A stretch of DNA of 53,478 nt from Promethearchaeota archaeon (GCA_048941265.1 JBHLNT010000012.1:1-53478); one strand, 5' to 3'; shown: positions 9,163 through 19,841, numbered from the stretch's first letter. Translations and numbers: made by a program. The notes: generated by a model from the sequence alone, not told the origin.

Positions 9163-9495
9163 TTTTTGTATTTAGTTTTAAATTAAAGTTTGTTATTATT
9201 ATTTTTGCCTCTAATCTTTTTAAATATATCGATCTATATTTTTGTACTATAGTAAATATCTTGATTAATTTTCCAAAATAATTTTAATTGGTTATACTTA
9301 CGCTATAAAAAATTAAATGAATAATCGAGCTTTTTATACTTTCAGTTTAAAAAGATTTATATAATTGTAGAAAAGAGCGCGAATATTTCCCTAAAAGTAA
9401 ATAAATCGATACATAAATCATCAATTCACAGTCATTTCAAACTTAATGAATTTGTTATTTGGATCCAAGCTCACAATTTCACAAATTGCTATAAA

Positions 9496-10161
9496 ATGGA
9501 GATCATTCTAATTATTTCATTTTTTACCACTCTTACATCTTTTACTAAAAAAGTAATTGGGGATAAATGCAAAATGTTTGAAATGGAAAGGCTTAAATTC
9601 GCCATTGTTTAAAGAAATTCAATGGATTATGCGTAATTATGGGATACTATCGTGAACATAATTTTCTTAGAGGAAATTATTTCTGATATTGATAAACATT
9701 TTTTTAATTATATGATAAAGAACAATATTAATATAATCACAGAATGTGTTGGAGATTAAAATCTGAACGATAGAATAGACGATATTTTTAGAGATAGAAA
9801 TAGATATGAGTTTGATTTAATTAAAAAAAAAGAAATTATTGAATATATAAAAAAGATTTCAGCAAATGGTTAAAATGAGGGTGCTGTTTGGCTAACTTAA
9901 AACGGAAAAGCAATTTTTTCTTCCATAAATGGAGTGTATTTAAGAGACTTTCTAAAAGAGGTGGAGTTTAGGGTCAAAATCTGTAATAATTCAATCTTAA
10001 AATTGTGCTATACTTTATACAACAATCAGCTTATTTTTTCTGAATTTGTGGAAGATTTATACTTTGTGATACTTGTTTTTGATCGATGTACATAATTTGA
10101 AATTGCAAAATATTACCTTTATAGAGTTGTAAAGTATATCAAAGATAAACTTAATAGGTAA
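9496..10161 (+). pseudogene. Decayed tandem longin/roadblock-like protein gene (absent from ORF track)
   Basis: Frame +1 reads MEIILIISFFTTLTSFTKKVIGDKCKMFEMERLKFAIV*...NEGAVWLT*NGKAIFSS...LRDFLKEVEFRVK...LYFVILVFD..., with six internal TAA and no frameshift. Confidence 0.6.
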
Positions 10162-10314
10162 GAATGATGATTATCTACGAAATTAGTTATATGTACAATA
10201 AATTCTATAAACTCCTTAATCAATTCCATATCGGATTTATGAATTATAAAAACCAAATTAAAATAGTTCCAAAAATTAGTTAAATTAAAAACTTAAAACG
10301 AAGGTGGAAGTAAA

Positions 10315-10818
10315 ATGACTAAATCAGAAGATGATTTAAAAGCAGCCTTTGCCGGGGAGAGTCAAGCAAATAGAAAATATTTAGCTTTTGCGAAAAAAGC
10401 TGATCAAGAGGGATTTCCAAACGTCGCTAAACTTTTTAGGGCAGCTGCTGCTGCAGAAACAGTACATGCCCATGCACATTTACGACAATTAAAAGGAATA
10501 AAATCCACTCTTGAAAACTTAAAAGAAGCGGTTGGAGGAGAATACTATGAATTATCGAGTATGTATCCTGACTTTATTAAAGATGCAAAAGGGGATGGAA
10601 ATAAAGGGGCTGAAATGTCATTTAATTATGCTCTAGCGGCTGAAAAGGTGCATCATAAACTTTATGAAAAAGCTTTAAAAGCTGTAGAGAATGGTAAAGA
10701 TAGAGACGCAGAGGACATATATGTTTGTTCCGTCTGTGGTATGACCTTTGAGGGTAAGGCTCCCGATAAATGTCCCGTTTGTGGTGCACCAAAGGAAAAG
10801 ATTGAAAAAATCGACTAA
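10315..10818 (+). CDS. rbr: Rubrerythrin
   Basis: AFAGESQANRKY, AETVHA, E..MYP, AEKVH diiron motifs; C-terminal CSVC/CPVC rubredoxin domain. Confidence 0.95.
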   Translation: MTKSEDDLKAAFAGESQANRKYLAFAKKADQEGFPNVAKLFRAAAAAETVHAHAHLRQLKGIKSTLENLKEAVGGEYYELSSMYPDFIKDAKGDGNKGAEMSFNYALAAEKVHHKLYEKALKAVENGKDRDAEDIYVCSVCGMTFEGKAPDKCPVCGAPKEKIEKID

Positions 10819-10822
10819 TAAT

Positions 10823-12430
10823 TTAGTTTTCTTTTTTTTTAAATTCCCATACTTTCCAAGGGATATATCCATTTATAATATTTTTAAAGTAGTCATTAAT
10901 AGTTGAATCCCATTGTCGTTCTGCTTTTCGTAATGCTCCGAAATTTGCGCCCTCCAAATAATAATTAGTTAACAAAGATGAGACTTCCATGTTTCCTAAA
11001 GATATAAGGGCTTGAAGTCGCGCCTGTTTAATTAAATCATTGAATTTTTGGAATTTTAATTTAATAGCAGGATTGTGTTTTAATTTCCTTTCAATTCTTT
11101 GATAGCTAAATTTAAGATTATTAATTTTCTCATCGGTTAAATGTTCAATCTGAGTCTCATAGGGGGTGTTTAATTTAGGAATCAAGATATTAATATTTAC
11201 TTTTAATGCTCCTTTCTCAAAACCCATATTACTGAATTCATTTAAGGTTTTTATTAGGATTTCAATATCTTCTTCAGTTTCATTTGGTAATCCTATTAAA
11301 AAATAAAATTTGATATTTCTTATTGAAGATTTCCGAATCAAATCGACAGTAGTATAAATTTTTTCATTAGAAATCCTTTTGCCTAGAGCAAATCTTAGAT
11401 TTTCAGTACCTGTTTCGGGGGCAATTGTTATCGTCTGTGTTTTATTCAACTCGAGTAATTTTAATATATCTTCATTCAAATGGTCAATACGTATTGATGG
11501 GATTGAAAATTTCATTCCTTTCTTTAAGATAAACTCGCATATTTCTAGAAATTTTGGGTGAGCCGAAACACATGAACCTATTAGACTAATTTTATTAATC
11601 ATTGAGTATTTTAAGCCATTTTCTATAGATTGTGTAATGTTTTTAAAGCTTCTATTTCTAAATGGAGAATTATGAAAAGACGAAATGCAAAATTTACATA
11701 TATAAGGACAGCCTCTATTAACTTCAATAAAAAAATTTTGTTCAAAGATTTTTTTTTCTTTTGAAGTCTCAGAAATTAGTTGAATATTGGGAATGGGAGA
11801 TTTATCAAGATCACTGAGAACTGACCTTTTAACTTTATTGTTCAATGAGGGAATATAGATTCCTTCAATATGTTTAATAGAATTCAAAAATTGATGATAA
11901 GATAACCCATTATTTTTATGATTCAGAAGAATCTTTAAAACTTCTTCAAGATTAGGTTCTGAGTCCCCTATAAAGAATAAATCAAAAAATCGACTAAAAG
12001 GGATCGGATTTGACGTTGCAACTGGTCCGCCTCCTATAATTAGAGGAAATAATTTATTTCCATTATTTGAAAACTCTTGTCTCTTTTTTCTTTCTATTGG
12101 AATTTCTGCTTTCTCTAAGATCCATAAAATATTTTTAAAGTCATTCTCAAATTGAATGGAAAACCCTAAGATGTCAAAATCCTTAGGATCGACTTTATTT
12201 TCAATGCTTCTAAGTTGATTTTCTGAAGAATAATCCTCAGATGCAGGATATCTTATTTTATCGGGCAAAAAAATGCGCTCACACACAAAATTATTATAAG
12301 AATTGATTATAAAGTAGATCAGTCTAAGAGAATAGGATGACATACCAATTTGGTAAACATTAGGGTAGATAAGCCCAAATGACAGGTCTATGTTTCTCCA
12401 GTCTTTAATTATAGCATTTTCTTTTAACAT
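10823..12430 (-). CDS. Radical SAM protein with N-terminal B12-binding-like domain, function unknown
   Basis: YPNVYQIGMSS, CERIFLP, IIGGGP, EVNRGCPYICKFC (CxxxCxxC), IAPETG, YFLIGLP. Confidence 0.85.
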   Translation of the reverse strand: MLKENAIIKDWRNIDLSFGLIYPNVYQIGMSSYSLRLIYFIINSYNNFVCERIFLPDKIRYPASEDYSSENQLRSIENKVDPKDFDILGFSIQFENDFKNILWILEKAEIPIERKKRQEFSNNGNKLFPLIIGGGPVATSNPIPFSRFFDLFFIGDSEPNLEEVLKILLNHKNNGLSYHQFLNSIKHIEGIYIPSLNNKVKRSVLSDLDKSPIPNIQLISETSKEKKIFEQNFFIEVNRGCPYICKFCISSFHNSPFRNRSFKNITQSIENGLKYSMINKISLIGSCVSAHPKFLEICEFILKKGMKFSIPSIRIDHLNEDILKLLELNKTQTITIAPETGTENLRFALGKRISNEKIYTTVDLIRKSSIRNIKFYFLIGLPNETEEDIEILIKTLNEFSNMGFEKGALKVNINILIPKLNTPYETQIEHLTDEKINNLKFSYQRIERKLKHNPAIKLKFQKFNDLIKQARLQALISLGNMEVSSLLTNYYLEGANFGALRKAERQWDSTINDYFKNIINGYIPWKVWEFKKKEN

Positions 12431-12466
12431 TTACAAAAAAATATTCTTAAAATAATAAAATTATAA

Positions 12467-13294
12467 TTAATTCAATTTATCCTCTTTAATTTTTAATGAT
12501 TCATTAGTTTCTTTTAGGTTTTTAATTTCTTGTACTATTAATGGTAAAATTATTCCTGTCTTGTGATGGATAACAACATCTGCTCTTTCATCCAAATGCG
12601 TAGGGGAATCGTTTATAATAACAAGTTTTCCACCATTTTGAAGAGTATATAATGGTAAATCGCATGCGGGTGCTACAGATAAAGATGAGCCCGCAATTAA
12701 CATTAGATCTGCTTTTTTCGATAATGCTTGCGATTGATAAATCTCAAATGTGGGTAAATTCTCACCGAATAATACCACGGAGGGTTTTAAAGGAGCAGCA
12801 CAAAAGCTACAAATTGGAGGACGATGTTTTTCTTTCTTTAATTTACGGAGAACCTCATCTTTGGAATAAGATGCTTTGCATCCAAAACAAGTAAAGCGAT
12901 TAATATTTCCATGAAGCTCATATACCATAATATTTCCTGCCGTTTGATGTAACTCATCTACATTTTGCGTAATAATTGCTTTTAATATGTCCATATTTTC
13001 AAGTTCAGCTAATGCATAATGACCGGGATTTGGTTTAGCTTTAAATAATTTAGGGGCAATCTTTTCAGCAAATTTCCAGAATTTTGAAGGATCCTGAATA
13101 AAAGATTGGATATTTCCATAAATTTCAGGTTGATATTTTTCCCAAATTCCCCCTTCTCCTCGAAAGTCTGGAATTCCTGACTCTGTAGAAACGCCTGCTC
13201 CTGTTAATACAATCGCGTATTCTGAATTAAGGAGCATTTCGGCAACCTTATGAATTTTCTTTTTTTCTAAATGCTTTAAAATTTTTGAACTCAT
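12467..13294 (-). CDS. cobB: NAD-dependent protein deacylase (Sir2 family)
   Basis: LTGAGVSTESGIPDFRG, ITQNVDELH, ELHG, CxxC..CxxC zinc module, KPSVVLFGE, GSSLSVAPA. Confidence 0.95.
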   Translation of the reverse strand: MSSKILKHLEKKKIHKVAEMLLNSEYAIVLTGAGVSTESGIPDFRGEGGIWEKYQPEIYGNIQSFIQDPSKFWKFAEKIAPKLFKAKPNPGHYALAELENMDILKAIITQNVDELHQTAGNIMVYELHGNINRFTCFGCKASYSKDEVLRKLKKEKHRPPICSFCAAPLKPSVVLFGENLPTFEIYQSQALSKKADLMLIAGSSLSVAPACDLPLYTLQNGGKLVIINDSPTHLDERADVVIHHKTGIILPLIVQEIKNLKETNESLKIKEDKLN

Positions 13295-13644
13295 TTAAAT
13301 CGTTATCGTTTTATATTGATGATCCTTTGTTTTACTACTATCTAATTAAAATCAATTTTGTTTATTTGAAAATTTTTGATTCTCATCTAAAAATACATTA
13401 ATTTTTTAAAATAATTCTATGTTAATAATTTTGAGCCAAATAAATTAAAAATTTTTATTGTTCAAACCATATTTAAGTTCTTAATTCAATTATATTGATA
13501 TAATGATAAAAGATTAAAGTTTTAAATTATTTTTATCCTAAACACATTTATTGATTTAATTAGCTTTTTTGAGTCTTAACGACTTTAAGCACTTCAAAAT
13601 ATATAGTCATTTAACTCTATTAATATTTATAGGCGTTTATTTTA

Positions 13645-14544
13645 TTGATAACCGGATATAGCATTATATTAGAAGATGAAATTCTGTATTGTTCTAATGA
13701 ATATACATATACAACATTTGAGATACTTTTATTTATTGAGAAACTTATCAGAAGTTTAAATCCTAAACAAACTTGGCGATTGAACAATCTCTGTTTTCAA
13801 AATTCGGCAGGACAAGAAGAGCGAATGATAATAAAACATCTAATAACTAGTACCCGTCAAAATTTATTTTTTTGTCTTCTTGGAGATATTAGATTCGGTT
13901 CTAATGTAGCAATTGATATCTTAGAAGAATTTTATGATAAAATTAATGAATATTATAAATCAGTTGAGGTCCTAAAGCATGCTTCAAAAAAATTAATTTT
14001 TAGGGAGGTTGTTAAGATAATTATTGAATTTTTGTCAGAGACCTATGAAAATCAATTACAAATTGAAGAAATAAATGGAGATAGTGAAAATTACTTTGAT
14101 AACAAAATATTATATTGTGGAATATCTTCTCAAGGATTACCGATAACATCCCAACTATATGATAAGGGTCTTTTAAATAATTTAGAAAAAGAGATTAATG
14201 AAGAAAATATTGAATTGTATAGTTCTAATTTATCAGCACAATTAGCTACAATTGAAATGAATACGTTAATTCGAACAAATTTATATATAAAAGAGATTCA
14301 TATAAATGATTTTGGTACAGAAAATCCTCAAAAAATGTTTATCTTTTCTGAAATTTACGGATATTCTTTAGATATTTTTGCATCGGGAAATTTTACTAAA
14401 ATTTATGAACTTCTCCAAAATTTAATAAAAACACTTTCTCAGGAACATGTCTTGCAATACGAGTTTTCAGGAGATCTAAAACACTATAAACATTTACAAA
14501 ATTATCTTAATAATTTTGTAAGTAAATTTGATAATCATATGTAA
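13645..14544 (+). CDS. Putative tandem longin/roadblock-like domain protein
   Basis: Two repeats of a beta-beta-alpha-beta-beta-beta-alpha-like pattern; second begins ILYCGISSQGLPI. Fold assignment is by eye only. Confidence 0.45.
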   Translation: MITGYSIILEDEILYCSNEYTYTTFEILLFIEKLIRSLNPKQTWRLNNLCFQNSAGQEERMIIKHLITSTRQNLFFCLLGDIRFGSNVAIDILEEFYDKINEYYKSVEVLKHASKKLIFREVVKIIIEFLSETYENQLQIEEINGDSENYFDNKILYCGISSQGLPITSQLYDKGLLNNLEKEINEENIELYSSNLSAQLATIEMNTLIRTNLYIKEIHINDFGTENPQKMFIFSEIYGYSLDIFASGNFTKIYELLQNLIKTLSQEHVLQYEFSGDLKHYKHLQNYLNNFVSKFDNHM

Positions 14545-14666
14545 TGTATTGATTAATTCATTTTTTAATAAGTAAAAAGAATTTAATATTAGGCAACTTA
14601 ACTTTAAAATTATATTTTAATATCCTTTTAAAAAGCTTTTCATCCATGTATTAAATTACAATTATT

Positions 14667-15482
14667 TTAATCTTCCTCGTTTTCTTCTCCTGAATCATCG
14701 GATGTAAGGTCCTCGGCCTCTGAAGTTTGAATCTCTCTATTTGATGAAGTCTTAGCATGCGCAAATTTTTTTACATTTATTCTCTCAGTTCTTTTAATAT
14801 CTGATTTTCTTATTCTTTTGACATCAATTTCAACAATATCAAATTGCTTAGATTCAACTTCCTTGTCTTCTACTCCCTCAGGAAACGATATTACCTTACT
14901 TTTAACTATTGTAGAACTCGATAGTGGATAAAGCGTTTTTGCTACTCGAGCAATTTGATTTTGAAATTCACCGTAAATCATTCCATGAATGAACTTTTCA
15001 TGATTGAGAGATTTCGCAAATTCCTTTAATATATCTGTCATAATTTTTCGAATTACAACTTGCTGAGAACTACGAGCTCGTTTAATTGTTACACATATCG
15101 TAGTAACACGAAAAACAAATCCATCACGAGTAGTTAGATTTTGAATTGTTGTAATTTTAGAACTTCCACGTCCTACAAGTGATCGGATGTAATCATTAGT
15201 GTATTGATGTCCTATAAACATTGTTTCACATTTTTTTGCTTCATGATTAATCTTAGATACTCTGAACCTTAATTTTAAATTAATGTCATTGAAATCTCCT
15301 GTGAAATCAAACAATAAGGCTTCAATTGTGCGTTTTTGAATACTAGGTTCTAAACCGATTATTTCTCCAATATTTTTAAAGTTAAAACTCTGAGGGGCGA
15401 TTACTTCATACCAGTTCTTATCTTTATAGGAAACCTTTTTTACCTTGGCTTTTTTTTTTCTTTTTGTTTTTTGTTGGCTCAT
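14667..15482 (-). CDS. rps3ae: 30S ribosomal protein eS1 (S3Ae)
   Basis: KNWYEVIAP, RTIEALL.DFTGD, KLRFRV, DYIRSLV.RGSSKI, IRKIM, LYPL; acidic C-terminal extension. Confidence 0.93.
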   Translation of the reverse strand: MSQQKTKRKKKAKVKKVSYKDKNWYEVIAPQSFNFKNIGEIIGLEPSIQKRTIEALLFDFTGDFNDINLKLRFRVSKINHEAKKCETMFIGHQYTNDYIRSLVGRGSSKITTIQNLTTRDGFVFRVTTICVTIKRARSSQQVVIRKIMTDILKEFAKSLNHEKFIHGMIYGEFQNQIARVAKTLYPLSSSTIVKSKVISFPEGVEDKEVESKQFDIVEIDVKRIRKSDIKRTERINVKKFAHAKTSSNREIQTSEAEDLTSDDSGEENEED

Positions 15483-15516
15483 TGTTTTTTTTTACTCCAT
15501 TTCAATATTAATTAAT

Positions 15517-15975
15517 TTACCTAGCAACAAGTGTTCTTATTTCTTCTGGTTTATACTTGAAATCTATAGGTAAAACACCCTTCTTTTTATAATATTTGAT
15601 TAAACGGAAAATCTTCGATTCTGTGCGTAGCAATCCTTTCTTACCCTCAAGATCATTGTGATTGGTTTCCAAATGTTTTCTAATATTTAATGCCTTTTTT
15701 ACTAAATTTAATAAATCCTCTGGCAATGCAGATTCAATTTCTTGGGCTTCAAGTATATTACTTATTTTTTTACCTGACACAACCTTTACTAAGGGGATAC
15801 CATATGAATCTCTTAATATAATTCCAATCATAGATTTTGAGAAACCTCTCCTCGCTAGTTTAATAACTAAATTTTCAACTTCTTCGGCTGATCTTTCAAC
15901 CCATACTGGTTTTTCTAGTCTTGGAGGTCTCGTACTTCCACTTTTTCCCTTCTTCCTTGAATGTATTCGTGCCAT
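15517..15975 (-). CDS. rps15: 30S ribosomal protein uS15 (S15P/S13e)
   Basis: True start MARIHSRKKGKSGS at ATG 15975; IGIILRDSYGIP, LPEDL, TESKIFRLIKYYK. Confidence 0.96.
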   Translation of the reverse strand: MARIHSRKKGKSGSTRPPRLEKPVWVERSAEEVENLVIKLARRGFSKSMIGIILRDSYGIPLVKVVSGKKISNILEAQEIESALPEDLLNLVKKALNIRKHLETNHNDLEGKKGLLRTESKIFRLIKYYKKKGVLPIDFKYKPEEIRTLVAR

Positions 15976-16126
15976 TATTGTACTTTCACTATATATTTTT
16001 AAAAAATTGAAGTAGTGTTTAAAACAAATATATATATTTGAGTAATAGTAGGGCAAAATAAATAAAATTTTGGAATTTGGGATAAAAAGCAAGATGAAAA
16101 GATAAAATTAAGATTTTAAAATTTTT

Positions 16127-16189
16127 TCATAACAGTCCTATATGCAATCCAGCAATTCCAGCACCTATAATAATATATTTATACTCCAT
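16127..16189 (-). pseudogene. 20-codon remnant of a Rossmann-fold FAD/NAD oxidoreductase N-terminus
   Basis: ATG 16189 reads MEYKYIIIGAGIAGLHIGLL*, a clean GxGxxG dinucleotide-binding start. Confidence 0.6.
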
Positions 16190-16319
16190 TTTTATATTTT
16201 TAACCTCACAGTAAGTATTGAAAATTATTTTAGAATTGAATTAATCTAAATATTAATTAATTATTTCAAATATGGAGAATGAAAATTCTTTATAATAATT
16301 CAACTTTTCATTTACAAAA

Positions 16320-16904
16320 ATGAAGCAGCAAAACCAAGATTTATATTTTGTAACGTCTAATGACTACAAATTCAGTGAAGTTTCCAAAATTTTTCAAGAA
16401 GAAAACTTAAAATTTCATTTAAAGCAATGTAAATTAAAAACGACCGAAATACAAGCGAAATCTACAAGAGATGTTGCTATATATAAATTAAATTCGGTGA
16501 GAGAAAAGATTAACGGTTCTTTTTTTATTGAAGATGCGGGTTTTTTTGTAGATCAACCACTTAACGGATTTCCTGGAGTGTATTCTTCTTATGTATTTAA
16601 GACAATAGGAAACGAAGGAATTCTTAAATTAATTACTAATTTTGAAAAAACTAAAGCTCATTTTTCAGCTTTAATTGCTTTGTATTTTAAACCAAAGGAT
16701 GAAATCCTCATTTTTGAAGGTATAGTGAATGGAATGGTTTCAAATGAAATTCGAGGAACCCAAGGGTTTGGATTTGATCCGATTTTCATTCCTTATGAAA
16801 TACCCGATAAAACTTTTGGAGAACTCACAATAAAAGAAAAAAATAAGATATCACATAGAGGAAGAGCGTTAGTACAATTAATCTCCTTTCTTAAAAAAGT
16901 ATAA
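16320..16904 (+). CDS. rdgB: Non-canonical purine NTP pyrophosphatase (RdgB/HAM1)
   Basis: FVTSN..K, EIQ, IEDAG, LNGFPGVYS, GFGFDPIF, KNKISHRGRA. Confidence 0.95.
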   Translation: MKQQNQDLYFVTSNDYKFSEVSKIFQEENLKFHLKQCKLKTTEIQAKSTRDVAIYKLNSVREKINGSFFIEDAGFFVDQPLNGFPGVYSSYVFKTIGNEGILKLITNFEKTKAHFSALIALYFKPKDEILIFEGIVNGMVSNEIRGTQGFGFDPIFIPYEIPDKTFGELTIKEKNKISHRGRALVQLISFLKKV

Positions 16905-16949
16905 GTAGTCAAAAATCAATGTGATTGGACGATTGTAATGAAATACAGT

Positions 16950-19841
16950 TTAAAATGTTTGTCTAAAGATATCCATAATGTTCTGTTTACTCATTTTCCA
17001 TAAAATAAAATACATTCCTGCTATACCCGTTGCAACAGAAATTATAAATACCCTAAATAATGTTCCAATTGGGACGATATAATTAACAGGCATCTCTGTA
17101 AAAAGACCAAGATTTGTTTCTAATAAATATGCGGAATAAGATCCAATGAGAACTCCCATAATCCCTGAGGAGAACAAAAGAATCATGCTTTCTATTAGAA
17201 ACATGTTTCTTACATTGCGTGCTTTCATTCCCATACTTCTAAGAATTCCAATCTCAAATTTTCTTTCCAACATAATAGCATACATGGAGGATATTAATCC
17301 AAATATACTAATCATAATAGTAAACATTAAAATTATTTCCATTAAAGTGTTTTGTCTGTCTGTCATTTCATCAATAAAATTAATTTTGGTTATGACATCA
17401 TCAAGAATAAAATTTCTATCCGCAAATAGGTTTGTAATATCATCCTTAACATCTTCTATATTTTCTTCGGAATTATCGCGCAGATTAATAAAGATTTTAT
17501 CAATTATCATTTCAGGCTGATTTGCATTTTTTACATTCATTAATCGCATATAATTATCCAAAGAAACCATAACTCCCCCTCCATATGCGGAATTTTCATT
17601 ACTTCGGAAATTCCAAAAGCCTGGTATGCCACCAGAAATTCCGGCAACAGTAAATAACATTACAATTCCAGGATCATTTTCAATATTTGGATCATAAAAT
17701 GTTAAGCGAACTCTTTCACCAACATCCTCAACACCTAAAATATTCGCAATGGATTTTGCTAAAATTATAGTGTTATTTTGTTCAAACATCTTATCAAAAG
17801 AATCATCGAAATTACTTTTAGGGCTACTCCAAATTATAAGCTCCTCATCAATTAAATCAACGAAATCCTCATCTACTCCAATAAATCCAGCGTCAATTTC
17901 ATCATGACTTGAGATATCACCTACGGTAACTTTAAGTTTTTGATTGTGTGCTGCGGCATAATATTGGAAAAGATCTCGTATTTTTTCTTCTGCGGAAGCT
18001 GATTCTTCATAACCGAATCCACCCTCGCTGGCTTCATATGTTACCGAAATTACTGCCTGAAAGTCAAATGTATTATGAAGAGTATATGCTATTTTGTCAA
18101 TTTCACCGAATTCTTTAAGTTCTTCAAACATTTTTAATGTAATAGCATTATCTTCATCCAATCCCTGGTTAACTATCACGATATCTGCACCATATTGAAA
18201 CTTTAATGTTAATTTTATAGTATCTGATTCAATTTCATTTATACTTGTTATAAAGAATATAAATGAAAAAGAAATTGCAAACATTACAACTGTACTAGTA
18301 TTTCTTCTTCTGTATCTCTTTAGGGAGATTTTAATAATATTAGCATATTTCTTCACAGCAGGAGAGATCATCGCAATAAATAATTTTTGGATAAGCGGAA
18401 TTATTCCCACTGATGCAAATACTAAACCTATCAGGATTGCTGAAACTAATCCAATAAATAGAAATGAAATTAGCATTGTATTCCCTGTTGTAAAAATTCT
18501 GGGTAAAAGTACAAAAACAATCATGCCAACAGTAGCTACACAAATCCCAATAATAAAACTTTTCACATTCATACTTCCTTCCTTTGAAATCTCCCATCCT
18601 GCATCTTTTGTTTGAAAGGGAGTAATGGATTTAATTATATTCAATTTTGACGCTCTAATAGCTGGTAATAATGAAATTAATAATGATACTAAAGATCCAA
18701 TGGTTAATCCAAAAAAAATAGTGGAAGGTTGAATTATAAATTCAGCTCCTCCCCAATCCAAACCAAAATAAAGAAACATAGCTCGAGCAATATGAGGAGT
18801 TAAAATAATGCCAACCGTTGTGCCTATAATAGAACCTAATACACCCAACAATAGACCCTCGAAAAGCACCATTTTAATCGTAAACACTTTTTTACCGCCA
18901 ACTACTCTAATTATTCCAAATTCCCTGACACGTTCTTCAATTGATGTTGTAAGTATAGAGTTAATTAAGATTCCTGTGATTAGCATAGAGAGAATTGTTA
19001 TAAACCAAAATAAAATAGTCATAGACATTAAATTATATTCACTTGCTTCTAATTCTTCTAATTTAGGCATTGTGACTTCAAATTCGTTTAAATCCAGTCG
19101 TTCTTGGATTCTTTCAGCAATCTTCCTCAATTTTAGTGTAGTGGCTTCGATATTACTTACATCATATACCGTTTCTGGATTCTCTATAGTACCCATAATA
19201 AAATTTATTTGACCATCCCGATTTATGAAGCTTTGAGCCTGCTTTATATTAAGTAGAATCAATGCATTTTCAAAATCCATGAATTTATTATGTTGCTCAC
19301 AAACCTCAACAACTTTCACATCTAAAGTATATCGTTCATATTCCAAATGAATAATATCATCTACTCCAACTTTAAGTAGCTCAGCGGCATTCTGTAAAAT
19401 AACACATTCTCCATCTCTTGGTTCTGAACCATAAATCTTGTCAGTTTCGTCACCATCCTCATCAACAATGATTAAATCACCCATATTACCATTATCATAT
19501 TCTTTTTCAAAATCTATACCATACACAATTAAGGAACCGTTTTTATCAATATTATCGGAAGTAGCTCTTGTCAAAATCATTATACGCGGGAAAAATTCTT
19601 CAACACCTTCAATATCTTGCAAGTCATCATCTATAATATTTTCATCAAAAAAGGGATCAAAACTTATATCCGTCTGAACAGTACGCGTAATCATGATGTC
19701 TGAGTTGCCAGTCGTATTAGTAATTAACTTCATGTAATTATAATTCAAAGTATCGTTGAGCATTCCAATAGCAGTCATTAAAAATAAGGAAATTGCAATT
19801 CCAGAGACCCCAAAAATGACTTTTGCTCTGTCTCTTTTCAT
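16950..19841 (-). CDS. FtsX/MacB-type ABC permease (two FtsX modules, two large extracellular domains); N-terminus probably extends upstream
   Basis: SIEERVREFGIIRVVGG and ERKFEIGILRSMGM FtsX motifs, multiple TM helices, LPAIRASK. Confidence 0.9.
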   Translation of the reverse strand: MKRDRAKVIFGVSGIAISLFLMTAIGMLNDTLNYNYMKLITNTTGNSDIMITRTVQTDISFDPFFDENIIDDDLQDIEGVEEFFPRIMILTRATSDNIDKNGSLIVYGIDFEKEYDNGNMGDLIIVDEDGDETDKIYGSEPRDGECVILQNAAELLKVGVDDIIHLEYERYTLDVKVVEVCEQHNKFMDFENALILLNIKQAQSFINRDGQINFIMGTIENPETVYDVSNIEATTLKLRKIAERIQERLDLNEFEVTMPKLEELEASEYNLMSMTILFWFITILSMLITGILINSILTTSIEERVREFGIIRVVGGKKVFTIKMVLFEGLLLGVLGSIIGTTVGIILTPHIARAMFLYFGLDWGGAEFIIQPSTIFFGLTIGSLVSLLISLLPAIRASKLNIIKSITPFQTKDAGWEISKEGSMNVKSFIIGICVATVGMIVFVLLPRIFTTGNTMLISFLFIGLVSAILIGLVFASVGIIPLIQKLFIAMISPAVKKYANIIKISLKRYRRRNTSTVVMFAISFSFIFFITSINEIESDTIKLTLKFQYGADIVIVNQGLDEDNAITLKMFEELKEFGEIDKIAYTLHNTFDFQAVISVTYEASEGGFGYEESASAEEKIRDLFQYYAAAHNQKLKVTVGDISSHDEIDAGFIGVDEDFVDLIDEELIIWSSPKSNFDDSFDKMFEQNNTIILAKSIANILGVEDVGERVRLTFYDPNIENDPGIVMLFTVAGISGGIPGFWNFRSNENSAYGGGVMVSLDNYMRLMNVKNANQPEMIIDKIFINLRDNSEENIEDVKDDITNLFADRNFILDDVITKINFIDEMTDRQNTLMEIILMFTIMISIFGLISSMYAIMLERKFEIGILRSMGMKARNVRNMFLIESMILLFSSGIMGVLIGSYSAYLLETNLGLFTEMPVNYIVPIGTLFRVFIISVATGIAGMYFILWKMSKQNIMDIFRQTF

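Noticed and set aside
9496-10161. TAA read-through or alternative genetic code for the multi-stop frame
   Set aside because: Well-conserved genes here (larB, nikR, rbr) end correctly at TAA, so TAA is a stop; pseudogenisation is simpler
13567-13599. Bulged hairpin upstream of the longin-like gene
   Set aside because: Needs two bulges and is mostly A/T pairs; not distinguishable from chance by eye
15976-16092. 39-aa N-terminal extension of uS15 in the ORF track
   Set aside because: Low-complexity AT-rich sequence from a TTG; the conserved protein starts at MARIHSR (15975)
16127-16170. GC-richer patch as an S15 ribosomal leader RNA
   Set aside because: Better explained as coding sequence for IIIGAGIAGLHIG; no convincing stem seen
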